A stretch of 64,000 nucleotides of DNA, taken from positions 3,624-67,623 of the forward strand of contig CALXVM010000007.1 in assembly GCA_944392105.1 (NCBI GenBank), in the 5' to 3' direction. The stretch comes from an uncultured Clostridia bacterium (GTDB taxonomy: Bacteria; Bacillota; Clostridia; TANB77; CAG-508). Positions 1 to 10,500 of the stretch are shown in pieces; positions within the stretch are counted from its first letter, which is position 1; every line of letters starts with the position of its first letter. The position numbers were made by a program, and so were the translations under genes. The notes beneath the pieces are model-generated. The model had not been told where the DNA came from. It did not search any database and saw nothing but the letters and a program-made list of their open reading frames with translations.

Positions 1-32
1 TCTAAAAAATTTTGATAAGGGAGATGTTAAAT

Positions 33-611
33 ATGGCACTAATAAAATGTAAAGAATGTGGAAAGGAAATATCAGACCAAGCAGAAAGTTGCCCAAATTG
101 TGGATACAGATTAAAAGAAAATAATCCCCAAAAGGTAATAATAGAAAAAACTAACACTTGCAGAACAGGAACAATAATGTGTATAGTTGGAGGAGCATTA
201 ATTTTGGGATTTGCATTAATTGTTGCACTAGCTTTTATATTTCCTAATACAACAACTCCAAAAGAAAATACGACCGAATCAGATATAACAATAAATGTTA
301 CAATAGGAGAAGAAGTAGAAACAGATACACAAGCAGTTATTAACTACTTAATATTAATAGGAACTATATCAATTACTATTATTGTATTAGGAGCATTATA
401 TTTAAAAAATAAGATTAATAGGAAATATACTAGTTTATATGGAATAGTAATGCTAATATTATCAATTATATTATCAGCTATGATGACAGTAACATTAAAT
501 TGTTGTTTATTATTCTTATTCATTGCACCTATTATTTGCTTTGTTGGTAGTATAATGATTATATCAGGGAATATAAAGGAAAAAAGTAATGAAATTAAAA
601 CAACTAATTAA
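33..611 (+). CDS. zinc-ribbon membrane protein
   Basis: ORF 12..611. Start moved to ATG 33 (MALIKCKECG), ~9 nt after AAGGGAG. CKEC..CPNC zinc-ribbon motif followed by several long hydrophobic segments. Confidence 0.6.
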   Translation: MALIKCKECGKEISDQAESCPNCGYRLKENNPQKVIIEKTNTCRTGTIMCIVGGALILGFALIVALAFIFPNTTTPKENTTESDITINVTIGEEVETDTQAVINYLILIGTISITIIVLGALYLKNKINRKYTSLYGIVMLILSIILSAMMTVTLNCCLLFLFIAPIICFVGSIMIISGNIKEKSNEIKTTN

Positions 612-882
612 TGATAAAGACTTTGAAAACGCACGATTAATAATCTATCTAATATTATTTATTTCTTACATATATTTCGCATATTTTAGCCATTTTCAAT
701 GTAGTGGTTGCCCACTTTGTGGAATGACAAGAGCTGTTAAAAGTTTGTTAATATTAGATTTTAAAAGTGCATTTGAATTTAATAAAATGGTATGGATATT
801 TTGTATTACAATACCGATTATAATATTAGATATAGTAGTAATTTTAAAAAGGAGATGTAAAAAAGTATGGTTCAAAGAATGA
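589..882 (+). CDS. DUF2752-like small membrane protein
   Basis: CPLCGMTRA motif typical of DUF2752. Hydrophobic helices. Overlaps the upstream ORF by 23 nt (coupled). Confidence 0.6.
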   Translation: MKLKQLINDKDFENARLIIYLILFISYIYFAYFSHFQCSGCPLCGMTRAVKSLLILDFKSAFEFNKMVWIFCITIPIIILDIVVILKRRCKKVWFKE

Positions 883-2066
883 ATTTTACACAGATTATAA
901 TAATATTGTCACTTTCGATTGCACTTATAGGATATATTATATATTTTTTATATAAAAATAAAGAAAAAGTTAAAAATATAGATTTGAAAAAATTGATTAA
1001 AGAAAAAAAAGCAAGTTTACCAAAATGGCTTAACAAGAAAAATATTTTTATCTCTTTAGGTACTATTGCAACAATAGTAATTATAATTTGTTCATATATA
1101 GGAATAAAAGAGCAACAAAGGATAGAAAAATATAATAATGATTTATCAATTTGTTATGAAGTAATAAAAAATGACTCGGATTTTACAAAGTTTACTTCTA
1201 TAATAGAAGAACATACAAAAGAAACAGGATTTTCATCAGACGCATATAAAAAATTATATCAAGCAATAGATGAAAGAATTGAAAATATTAAAAATGGAAA
1301 TGATGATGAAAAATTAATTAATATGATAAAAGAAATAAAAAGTAAAAATTCAAGCAATCAAACTATTGCTAACAAATATTTACAGGTAAATGGATATTCA
1401 AACATAAATAAAGCAATTAATTTTATAAAAGATAAAAAATATATAGAGGCATATGAACTATTTGAAACAGTAGCTAAAGATAACAAAGATGTAAATAAAG
1501 AAATTGTGGATTTAGCTAAAAATAAACAAAATGAAATAAAAGATAAGACATTTGAACAAATAATTGCTAAAGCAAAAGAGCAAATAAACAATAAAGAATA
1601 TTCTAAAGCTCAATCTACGTTATCAGATTATAAAGATTTGGGAAATCAAACAATATTAGATATGTATAATAAAGCAACTAAAGAAGTTGACAGAATTGAA
1701 AAAGAGAAGAAAGCACAAGAAGAGCTTGAAAGAAGAAAGCAACAAGAGGAAGAAAGAAAAAGACAACAAGCAGAGTTAGACGCAAAAAAAGATAAAATAA
1801 TAGTAGATACTAATGGAAAAAGAATATATAAAGTATGTATGTCAAGTAGCACATTTAGAATAAGTGGAACTTTTAAAGGGCAAGGATATTTTAGTGTAAA
1901 ATTATTAGATGATAATCAAGAGTTCTATGACTTATTAGTAAATGAAATTGGAGATTATGTTGTAGATACGAGTACACAAGTTACTAAAGGAGATTACTAT
2001 TATTTACAAATTGAATGTACTAGAGGAAGTTGGAACTTAAATTGGTGGGGAACATACGGAGATTAG
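867..2066 (+). CDS. membrane-anchored coiled-coil protein, unknown function
   Basis: N-terminal TM helices, K/E-rich coiled-coil middle (EELERRKQQEEERKRQQAELD), beta-rich C-terminal domain. Overlaps the upstream ORF by 16 nt. Confidence 0.5.
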   Translation: MVQRMNFTQIIIILSLSIALIGYIIYFLYKNKEKVKNIDLKKLIKEKKASLPKWLNKKNIFISLGTIATIVIIICSYIGIKEQQRIEKYNNDLSICYEVIKNDSDFTKFTSIIEEHTKETGFSSDAYKKLYQAIDERIENIKNGNDDEKLINMIKEIKSKNSSNQTIANKYLQVNGYSNINKAINFIKDKKYIEAYELFETVAKDNKDVNKEIVDLAKNKQNEIKDKTFEQIIAKAKEQINNKEYSKAQSTLSDYKDLGNQTILDMYNKATKEVDRIEKEKKAQEELERRKQQEEERKRQQAELDAKKDKIIVDTNGKRIYKVCMSSSTFRISGTFKGQGYFSVKLLDDNQEFYDLLVNEIGDYVVDTSTQVTKGDYYYLQIECTRGSWNLNWWGTYGD

Positions 2067-2089
2067 AGGGAAATTCCCTCTTTTCTTTT
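2065..2089 (+). terminator. rho-independent terminator
   Basis: GAGGGA-AAT-TCCCTC hairpin directly after the stop at 2066, followed by TTTTCTTTT. Confidence 0.7.
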
Positions 2090-2611
2090 GCTTCCATTAT
2101 TTTATCAAAATATCACTTTCGCAAATGTAGTAATATCAACGTTTTTTGGCTGTGTAATTGACCATAAAATTAGATTTTTATTGTTATATAATTTCCTATA
2201 TTTTCTTTAATAGAACATTACTGTAGTTACTACGATTGAAATACAGACCTTCAAATTACGAGGTAGTATAATTTGTTGCCCTCAAAAATAAAAATAGTTC
2301 TATGAGGCTCGTACAGAACAAAAAATTATTTAAAAGGCTCTATTTTTAATTTATATGCTTAAAGGTATAATTTGTTGATTCTTACATTTGAGGAATTTAG
2401 GAACGCAGTTTTGTGATTTTTGGAAATATAAAATCAATTAATACTCAATAGATTAGTATATGAAATATATAGGGATAAAATATTTATGGATTTTAATTTG
2501 CTATAAAATAATAAATAATAAAATTTTTAAATTTATTTTAATGCTTAATTTAATATATTTTAATGCTATTTTAATGCGTATACGATGATTTTATATAAAA
2601 TGCAGTGAAAA

Positions 2612-2644
2612 GTAAAATTAAAAAATCCCTAAAAATAGGGATTT
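2612..2644 (-). terminator. rho-independent terminator of the tRNA cluster
   Basis: AAATCCCTA-AAAA-TAGGGATTT hairpin followed on the minus strand by TTTAATTTT, ~45 nt downstream of tRNA-Cys. Confidence 0.65.
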
Positions 2645-2690
2645 CTTGATACGTGTTGAGACAGTATGAAACGTCTTAAAACACCTTTTT

Positions 2691-2765
2691 TGGAGGCGCC
2701 ACTCAGAATCGAACTGAGGAATAAAAGTTTTGCAGACTTCTGCCTTACCACTTGGCTATGGCGCC
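2691..2765 (-). tRNA. tRNA-Cys (GCA)
   Basis: Minus-strand read GGCGCCATAGCCAAGTGGTAAGGCAGAAGTCTGCAAAACTTT..GTTCGATTCTGAGTGGCGCCTCCA. 7-bp acceptor stem, anticodon loop CTGCAAA, GTTCGATTC T-loop, encoded CCA. Confidence 0.9.
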
Positions 2766-2866
2766 GTTTTTTAATTTAACATTGATTCTTATAAAAAATA
2801 TCTTTTTATAAATTATATGCTCCTGTTATTAATTTAATACTTATTTTTATAAATATAAGTTTTATT

Positions 2867-2940
2867 TGGAGCGGAAGATGAGAATCGAACTCACACTTAA
2901 GCCTTGGGAAGGTTTCGTTCTACCACTAAACTACTCCCGC
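2867..2940 (-). tRNA. tRNA-Gly (CCC by my fold)
   Basis: GCGGGAGTAGTTTAGTGGTAGAACGAAACCTTCCCAAGGCTTAAGTGTGAGTTCGATTCTCATCTTCCGCTCCA. Cloverleaf folds with one A.C mismatch in the anticodon stem. Loop TTCCCAA. Confidence 0.85.
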
Positions 2941-2959
2941 AAGTTTTAAAATAAAAAAA

Positions 2960-3033
2960 TGGAGCAGGTAACGAGAATCGAACTCGTAACTAATCCTTGG
3001 CAAGGATTCATTTTACCACTAAACTATACCTGC
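2960..3033 (-). tRNA. tRNA-Gly (GCC)
   Basis: GCAGGTATAGTTTAGTGGTAAAATGAATCCTTGCCAAGGATTAGTTACGAGTTCGATTCTCGTTACCTGCTCCA. Perfect acceptor and anticodon stems, loop TTGCCAA. Confidence 0.9.
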
Positions 3034-3065
3034 ACTTAAATTATATAATTAAAATAACAATTAAT

Positions 3066-3094
3066 ATAATAGCAAAAATGTTTGAAAAAGTCAA
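3066..3094 (-). promoter_or_regulatory. sigma-A type promoter of the tRNA cluster
   Basis: Minus strand TTGACT - 17 nt - TATTAT (preceded by TGC), ~30 nt upstream of tRNA-Gly(GCC). Confidence 0.55.
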
Positions 3095-3110
3095 TACTTA
3101 TTGTTTAAAG

Positions 3111-3149
3111 AATTTTGAACTTTAAGGAAATTCCTTAAAGTTCAAAATT
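3111..3149 (-). terminator. long hairpin terminator after the carboxypeptidase gene
   Basis: 19-bp perfect inverted repeat AATTTTGAACTTTAAGGAA / TTCCTTAAAGTTCAAAATT abutting the stop codon at 3150. Confidence 0.55.
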
Positions 3150-4529
3150 TTACAAATACCTAATACTATATAAAAACTCTTTCACATAATCTTTTACTTC
3201 TTTTTTCTTTATGTCTTCTTTATTATATATGTCTAAAACTTCAATTTCTTTTCCTCCTACTTTTACTTTCATGTTGCCCACTATAGTTTTTTCTTTTACT
3301 GGTGCTTCAAAATAGAAAATAGCGTTAATTTCTATATCTATACTGTTTTTTTCTTGCTTTTTTATTGCCATATTTTCAAAACTCATATTTTCTAAATAAA
3401 GCTCTATATTTGTATGTGTTCCTTTATTTATATATATTCTATCTTTGTTAATTTTCAACCATTCATCAAATTTATTTTCTACTATTTGTTTGATATTTAC
3501 AAGCTCATAGTTTTTATAAATATATTCTATTAGTTTTATGCTATCCGATGTTCTTATTTTTTTAGTGTCTGCTCCTAATACAACTGTTATTATGTCTAAA
3601 TTTCCTCTTTTGCATCCTGTAACTAAGCATCTCCCTGCCCCATTTGTAAAACCTGTTTTTATTCCATAAACCCCATCTAAATATCCTAATAATTCATTAG
3701 TATTTGTAATGTTTTTAGATTTACCATTAATTGTTATATTACAGCTTTGTGTACCCACAATTTTCTTAAATTTTTCTTTTTGTAAAGCATAATCTGCCAT
3801 TTTTGCAAGCTCATATGCAGTTGTATAGTGTTTTTCGCTATCTAGTCCATGCGGAGTTACAAAATTTGTATTCTTTAGTCCTAGTTCATTCGCCTTTTGA
3901 TTCATAAGTGTAGCAAACCCTTCTACACTTCCTCCAACGTGTATTGCTAAAGCAACAGCAGCATCATTTCCGGATACCAACATTAGTCCATATAATAAGT
4001 CATTAACAGTTATTTTATCTCCAGTTTTTAAACCTAACCTTGAACCTCCTGTCGCTGCTGCTTTTTTATCCACTACAACTACATCATTTAAATTTGCATT
4101 TTCTAAAATTATTATACAAGTCATTATTTTCGTTGTACTAGCCATCTTGCTTATTTTATAACCATTCTTTTCATATAATACATTTCCAGAACTTCTATCG
4201 TAAACAAGTGCAATCTTTGAATTCAATTTCGGTTCTTCGTTCTCTTCTACAGTTGCTGATGTTTCTATTGACTTTTGCATTTCCTCTAAATTTATTTCTT
4301 CATTGTCTTTCAAATTCGCTAAACTTACTATAAAATTACCTATTGCACAATTAAAGATAATTATAATTAAAGTTATAGTTATTATTCTTTTTAATAATAA
4401 TTTTTTTCCTTCTGACTCGTATTTTGAATTAAAGTTTATGTGATTATTTATAACTTTTACTTTTTTATTAGCATGTTTAGTAACTTCGCCATCTATGTAA
4501 TTCGATATATTTTTATATTTTTTATTCAT
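3150..4529 (-). CDS. dacB: serine-type D-alanyl-D-alanine carboxypeptidase (PBP5 family)
   Basis: SxxK (ASTTK), SGN (VSGNDAA) and KTG (GIKTGFT) motifs in canonical order. N-terminal TM anchor. Gene symbol is a family-level guess. Confidence 0.85.
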   Translation of the reverse strand: MNKKYKNISNYIDGEVTKHANKKVKVINNHINFNSKYESEGKKLLLKRIITITLIIIIFNCAIGNFIVSLANLKDNEEINLEEMQKSIETSATVEENEEPKLNSKIALVYDRSSGNVLYEKNGYKISKMASTTKIMTCIIILENANLNDVVVVDKKAAATGGSRLGLKTGDKITVNDLLYGLMLVSGNDAAVALAIHVGGSVEGFATLMNQKANELGLKNTNFVTPHGLDSEKHYTTAYELAKMADYALQKEKFKKIVGTQSCNITINGKSKNITNTNELLGYLDGVYGIKTGFTNGAGRCLVTGCKRGNLDIITVVLGADTKKIRTSDSIKLIEYIYKNYELVNIKQIVENKFDEWLKINKDRIYINKGTHTNIELYLENMSFENMAIKKQEKNSIDIEINAIFYFEAPVKEKTIVGNMKVKVGGKEIEVLDIYNKEDIKKKEVKDYVKEFLYSIRYL

Positions 4530-4575
4530 AAAAAATCACCTTTTAAATTATATTTTAAAAAGTGATTTTTATGAT

Positions 4576-5928
4576 TTATTTTCTTTCTCTTGAAGGGAAA
4601 GCTCTTACTTCATCTTCAACTTTTAGTCTAATTTCTGTAACTATATTTTCCTCTTCTTCATTATTTATTTCTAAATTATAGCCTTCCAACTCCTCTTTTA
4701 CATATTGCGTTAAAGCACTAGGAGACAAGTCTTCATATTTGTCTATAGCTCTTTCTAGTATTTCTCTTTTTATTTCTTCTAAATCAGCATCTGTTCCTTC
4801 TAAAGTTCTTTCTTCTAAATCTCCTTTTTCTTCGCTTTCTCTTACCGCTTCACTTCTTTCTTCTATTTCTTCGTCTTTTTCTTGTGTTCCAAGCCCCTCG
4901 TTTCTATTTGCCTCTTCTCTTACTCTATGATACACATATTCATCATACCTAGATTTTACACCTATAGGTATTGCTTGTCTGTTTTCCCTATCGTTCATAT
5001 TTTGGATATATTGTACTTCTGGAATATTATAATTTCCTATGGAGATACTAATTCCTTCTTCCGGTCTTCCAGCTATTTGAAATAATCCTTTTACTTCTTT
5101 TTCTTCAACTTCTGTTCCATCTCTATTTATAGAAGTTACTGTTCTTCCAGTATTTATTCCCTCAACTTGTCCTACAGTTTCTACAGGCTCCTTCGTTCCA
5201 TCAGCTCTTTTGCCTATCATTGTAAATCTTCCATCATTTTGATTGTCACCTTTTTCACAAGCAATTTGCACTTCTTCATACTGATTTAGCTCTGGTATAA
5301 TTTGTCCTAAAGTTTCATTTTCTGTTACTAAAGTATGCGGATTTATAACTGCTAAAGTTCTTAAGTTATCTTCTTCTATGCCTATTGTTTCTGATGCCTC
5401 TTTTTCTTCTTTATCAAAATTAATTTTCTTGCTTTTTTCTTCATATTTTTCTATATCTTTTTCTGACAGTTCTATGTCATTTTCGCTAATTTCTTGTAAA
5501 GAAAATTTTGTAGAACTTAAGTCTATCATAGAATAATATTCTGGTGGTAGTTTTTCTAGCTTTGAAAGATATTCTTCGGAGAAGCTTACATTTCCATCTG
5601 TATCTACTGTAGCAATTAAATTTTGATTTTCATCATATATCTCATATGTTGTAAGCTCTAATTCTTCATTGTCCCCAATTTGCATATCTTCAGCTGTTTG
5701 ACTATTTCCATCTACTTTTTCTTTTTTATCTGCCTTAAATTTTGGATTTTGGGATTTTATTTCCACTATATACACATTGTTTTCCTCAATGTTTGCACCT
5801 TCAAAAAAGAAGTCTTTATAATATTTTATGCTACTTATGTGCTCTGTTTTTTTATCTAAAGTTTCTGAAATTTGTTTTGATAATGCAGCAGATTTTTTTA
5901 GTATTTCTTCTTTTTTCTTATCATTCAT
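4576..5928 (-). CDS. highly acidic hypothetical protein (450 aa, no TM)
   Basis: Long ORF with RBS GGAGGAAAG upstream. E/D-rich. Preceded by a terminator at 6030-6066, so probably its own transcription unit. Confidence 0.5.
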   Translation of the reverse strand: MNDKKKEEILKKSAALSKQISETLDKKTEHISSIKYYKDFFFEGANIEENNVYIVEIKSQNPKFKADKKEKVDGNSQTAEDMQIGDNEELELTTYEIYDENQNLIATVDTDGNVSFSEEYLSKLEKLPPEYYSMIDLSSTKFSLQEISENDIELSEKDIEKYEEKSKKINFDKEEKEASETIGIEEDNLRTLAVINPHTLVTENETLGQIIPELNQYEEVQIACEKGDNQNDGRFTMIGKRADGTKEPVETVGQVEGINTGRTVTSINRDGTEVEEKEVKGLFQIAGRPEEGISISIGNYNIPEVQYIQNMNDRENRQAIPIGVKSRYDEYVYHRVREEANRNEGLGTQEKDEEIEERSEAVRESEEKGDLEERTLEGTDADLEEIKREILERAIDKYEDLSPSALTQYVKEELEGYNLEINNEEEENIVTEIRLKVEDEVRAFPSRERK

Positions 5929-6029
5929 ATACTTTCCTCCACAAAAATTTATTTTAAATAATAATTCTAAAAGACTATATTTTTACTTTATTTCTTACAA
6001 AGTTAACCTATTAATGTATATTATAACAT

Positions 6030-6066
6030 AAAAAATCGTTAGAATATATATTCCAACGATTTTTTT
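6030..6066 (-). terminator. hairpin terminator
   Basis: AAAAAATCGTTAGAATAT / ATATTCCAACGATTTTTT inverted repeat with flanking A/T runs (bidirectional shape), downstream of ORF 6132..7487. Confidence 0.6.
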
Positions 6067-6131
6067 AATGTGTCTATTGCTTTTAATAATGAAGTCTAGC
6101 TTTTAAATTTTTATGTTTTTTAATTTATATC

Positions 6132-7487
6132 TTATTTTTCAAAAGACATTACAAAGTCTGTTCCTTCTAGTAATTTTACTACAAATTGCTTTTCTATTGT
6201 TTGTGTAGAATCTTCGCTATTTGTAATTACCATTTTATAAATATACAAGTCACCATTTTTTTCATATGATGTATATCCTAATTTGTTATATGCATAAAAT
6301 GTTGTTTTCATATAGTTTTCAAAGTCTACTTGTGTAGGGAAATTATTATTTCTATAAGTTTGGTCTAGTTTGTTGTAAGCATATGCATAGTCACCGTCAT
6401 TTATTGCATCAAAGAATTTTTGTATATTGAATTGTACTTTTTTCTCATCTGTTGAAGAATTGTATTGTTCAACAAATTCTGGCAAGTCTATTGTATATGT
6501 GTCTAATATAATTCCATAGTCCATTACTGCATTTTCTTTAAATATATAATATTTTCCATTTTGATCTAAACATACATATAATGTATATCCATCATTTGAT
6601 GTTATTTTTTGATATTGATTTAATTCTAATAAAACATTTTTTCTTACATTATTTTTAGCATAATTTTGAAATTCTTCTAAGTTAGTAAACTTTTTAGTCT
6701 TATATTCATTATCTAAATGCTCATATGCTAACTCTGTATTATATAATATTTCTTCTTTATATTTGCTAATTAAATCAACACAATATGTTTCATCCGTAAT
6801 ATTTTGATAGTCGTATACATTATTAGAATTTTTTTCTATATTAACATTCTCACTTGCATTAAATTCTTCACCTATTGAAATAGCTGGATATTTTTCATCT
6901 ATATAGTCTTGTAAAAATATAGAAAAGACTCTATTTAGTGCATCAACTTCAATCATCATTTTAAAATTAGATATATTACTGGTTATTTTTTCTCTAACGG
7001 TTCCCTCTACAATATATATTGATGTATCTACAGTTCTCTGACTCACATACATTTTATTTATGTTAATAACCACCTCATTAATCGGATTTAGCTTTGATAT
7101 AATATCAGAACTTGTTGTAATTCCTGCATATTCTTTATAATCGTTATCTAGCATATCGTATATTACTTGTGCATATTCTAGCTGTATTTCTTTTATACTT
7201 TCCTTTGCATCTTCATCCATAATATAAACATCACCTTCTAAGGTATTCATACTATAATAATAAGTATAAAATTTATTTACAGCATTTTTAACTATATAAT
7301 AGTTGTTTCTGTTTGTAACCTCTTTTAATGTAGTATCTACATCGTAAGATATGTCACTTCCTTCTTCGTCAACTCCGTGTAAAATTTTTGCACTACTTTT
7401 AGTAAAAAATAATATAAAAATTAAAATTGCAATAATAACAATTACTAATATAGTTAAAATTATAATCCATTTTTTTAAATTTTTCAT
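6132..7487 (-). CDS. N-terminally anchored extracytoplasmic protein of the T4SS-like cluster
   Basis: Single N-terminal TM (IIILTILVIVIIAILIFILFF). Contains the motif FFDAINDGDYAYAYNKLD, which resembles NTF2-like/SnoaL-like lipoprotein domains. Confidence 0.5.
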   Translation of the reverse strand: MKNLKKWIIILTILVIVIIAILIFILFFTKSSAKILHGVDEEGSDISYDVDTTLKEVTNRNNYYIVKNAVNKFYTYYYSMNTLEGDVYIMDEDAKESIKEIQLEYAQVIYDMLDNDYKEYAGITTSSDIISKLNPINEVVININKMYVSQRTVDTSIYIVEGTVREKITSNISNFKMMIEVDALNRVFSIFLQDYIDEKYPAISIGEEFNASENVNIEKNSNNVYDYQNITDETYCVDLISKYKEEILYNTELAYEHLDNEYKTKKFTNLEEFQNYAKNNVRKNVLLELNQYQKITSNDGYTLYVCLDQNGKYYIFKENAVMDYGIILDTYTIDLPEFVEQYNSSTDEKKVQFNIQKFFDAINDGDYAYAYNKLDQTYRNNNFPTQVDFENYMKTTFYAYNKLGYTSYEKNGDLYIYKMVITNSEDSTQTIEKQFVVKLLEGTDFVMSFEK

Positions 7488-7569
7488 AAATAATTTCTTT
7501 CCTCCTTGGCTTTGTTGATGCTATGTACGGAAATCAAGTTATTTTTTATTTTCCTCTATATTTAATAAC

Positions 7570-10500
7570 TTATGGTGCTCTTAATCCAAATAGTAATCCA
7601 CTTAGACTTTTGTTCTGTGGTGAAGAACTTCTTATTGCATTACCGCTTCCTGCATTATATACAGTTCCATCTCCTGCATAAATTTCAATATGACCAGAAT
7701 AACATAATATATCTCCTGGCTGTAATTCTGATACATTATCTATTCTCTTAAATCCTTTGCTTAATAATAAACTCCTTAAGTTATTTGCTCCATCAAGATG
7801 TTCAGAATCGCTAATATATCCTGCTTCTTGCAATACCCATGATACATAAGTTGCACAGCAACTATTATGATATCCTGTTTTTGATGCTTCAAAAGTTGCA
7901 TTTAAACCATGTGCTTTTCCATATTTTCCACATTCTTCATAACTATTTCCCCCATATACACAATATGTATAGTTATTCTCTTCCATATATTTATGTATCA
8001 TATCTGCTATTTCAATAATGGCTCCGCCTTCTGCATGCCATTTATCTAAAACATCATAATATCCTGTTTGGAATAATGTCCATTCAGATTTTCTCCTTCT
8101 TTCTAAGCCCTCTAAATGTTGTCCTTCCGATGTAGTAGGCTTTGACATGTATTGAGTATATAAACTATGGTTAAAATTTGCATTTTTGTCTTGTGCTTCG
8201 AATAAATCATCAGTTTCTGCATTCCAATATTTTTGATATGATTGAACAAAGTTTAGTACAGGCGAGCCTCTCTTTACAGTAATAGCTCCAGCGGTTCCAC
8301 AGTTATAAGCCCTAGATACTAAAGCATTTATTTGGTATTCTTTTAATCCTAATCCACTGGTTGCCGCTTTTATAGCATCTGACTGACTCTTTATCTCCTG
8401 TTTTTCCAAGCTGTCAACAAAATCTTTATCAACTTCTCCGCCTATTTCAGTTGGATATCCTGATGCAATAAATAAATCTGCATATCCTCCATTGAAAATA
8501 TCTATACCATATCCTACTGTTGGATGTCCCATACCATCATCATGTATAATATATTTAGTTCCATCAGCATTCATTGGTGCTCCAGAGCCATTTTCCCAAT
8601 AATGTATGTATTCTACTAATAATTGACTACTTGTCGCACTACTAAAATTACTTTGTGCAAACAGACTTAAATTAAATTCTGTAACTCCATAGCTTTTGCC
8701 TGTATATTTATACAATACATATCTCATTATGTTTTCCATAGCTTGTGTTGTTGAACTTCTTGATAAAAATTCAAAATAAGCCACCGAATTACTTACTAAA
8801 TCTGGTCCCGCTGAACGAGTATTCATTGAATTTGGTATTCTAAATCTTTTGTCTAATAATCCTACAAAAGTACCTTCTTCGCCCTTTTCTCCACCATTAT
8901 ATTCCTCTTTTGGTGTATCTTCTGAATACGTAACTCCAGATGATTCTATATCTACAATTACTCTATCCACACCAGAACCAGTATCACTATGTGAATATGT
9001 TGACCCTAAGTTTGTCTGTTTAAATCCGGCTTCTCTACTAAATATCCATGTTTTAGCTGTTGATATCATTATTGATGGAGTATAACTTTCTTGCGTTGTT
9101 ACTGTAGTATCCGGAACCAATTCTTGGACAGTTTCATTTCCAACCGTCTTTTCTTCATAATGGTATGTCGTAGTTGTTGTTACTTCCCTACTTGAATTAT
9201 ACATAACATTTAATGTAATTCTACTGTCTTTTACCATTTCAACAAATGCTTCCATAAATTTAGGATTTTGTACAGCCATGGCTGTGTCCACGAAAAACAT
9301 ACATGATGTTGTATATTGTGATATCATACTTTTATAATCAACATGCTGGATTGTTAAATCAGGTGTACCATTTGTATAGTTAAAATTAATAAGCATTAAT
9401 TTTCCATTTTCATCTATAGAATAGTATTTTCTTAGTTCATTAAAACTTCCACCATTTTTAACAAGTGTTTCAAAATCAGTCTTTTTCTTAAATATCATAG
9501 GTTCTAATTCTTTTTCATGTTCTAAGACAGTATATTTTCCTAATGAATCACCTAATTTGCATTTATCTCCAAAAATATTTAACATGTGTTGCTTTACTAA
9601 GTCGCTCCAACCTGCAGTTGTGCAATATAAAGGTCCTATACCATCAAGAGTTGTTGGATCTCTCCCCTCTCCTGTAATTCTTTCATATCTCCATGTACCA
9701 GGGGTTGTCCATTCTTGCTTTAAGCTTGTTGCTACCTCTTCAATTCCTTTGCTTATGCCTTCTTTTATTTCTTCTGAAGAAAAATCTATTGCAGATTCTC
9801 CTGGACTAGAATCATAAGCTCCCCAGCCCCATAAATTTAACTTTTCATTTGCTATGTTTGAAGTTCCATATCCACTCTCATGTGTTCCAATTGCTACTAT
9901 TACCATTGGGTTTATTCCTGCTGCAGTACATATATCATAAAATTCTTCTGCATTATCTTTAAAAAATTTATCATAGCAAGTCCAATTATTTCTCATACTT
10001 TCGCCAAATCCAATAGGAGGTATATAACTTTTAACAGCATTTACAAAGTCTTCTTTAGAAATGATAGGATTATCGGCATCCCACAATATTGAATAATCTG
10101 GATATTTAGTAACCGTATCCTCTGAAATCTTAGGTGTCATCATATAGACACTACCATTTGAACCAGTTACCCCAGTATTAATAGTCTGCGTAGTTTGCTG
10201 AGCTTCTAAAAATAGTTTTATATATTTTCTCTCTGCTTCTTTTATTTCCTCTTCTGATGCAGTTTCATAATCTATATCTCCTAATAAGCCTAAATCTTCT
10301 GCTGATAAATCATACTGTTCCTTTAATTGCTCCAAGACTTTATCTACTTCTTCATCTTTTATCTCATAAGCACCATTTTCTAGATTAATTGTAAAAAAGT
10401 TTGCTATATCTTCAAATAGTCCTTGGAAAAAATCTACAACTAATGAAATTAGAGCATAAAAGAGCATAGCTAAAAGTAATATTGGTATGACAGGTATTAA

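Noticed and set aside
2266-2377. Duplicated 13-nt GTATAATTTGTTG (-10-like) boxes 99 bp apart (2266-2278 and 2365-2377) in the 620-bp gene-free region between ORF 867..2066 and the tRNA cluster
   Set aside because: No convincing -35 elements, no downstream hairpins and no conserved small ORFs. Possibly sRNA promoters, but the evidence is too thin to call.
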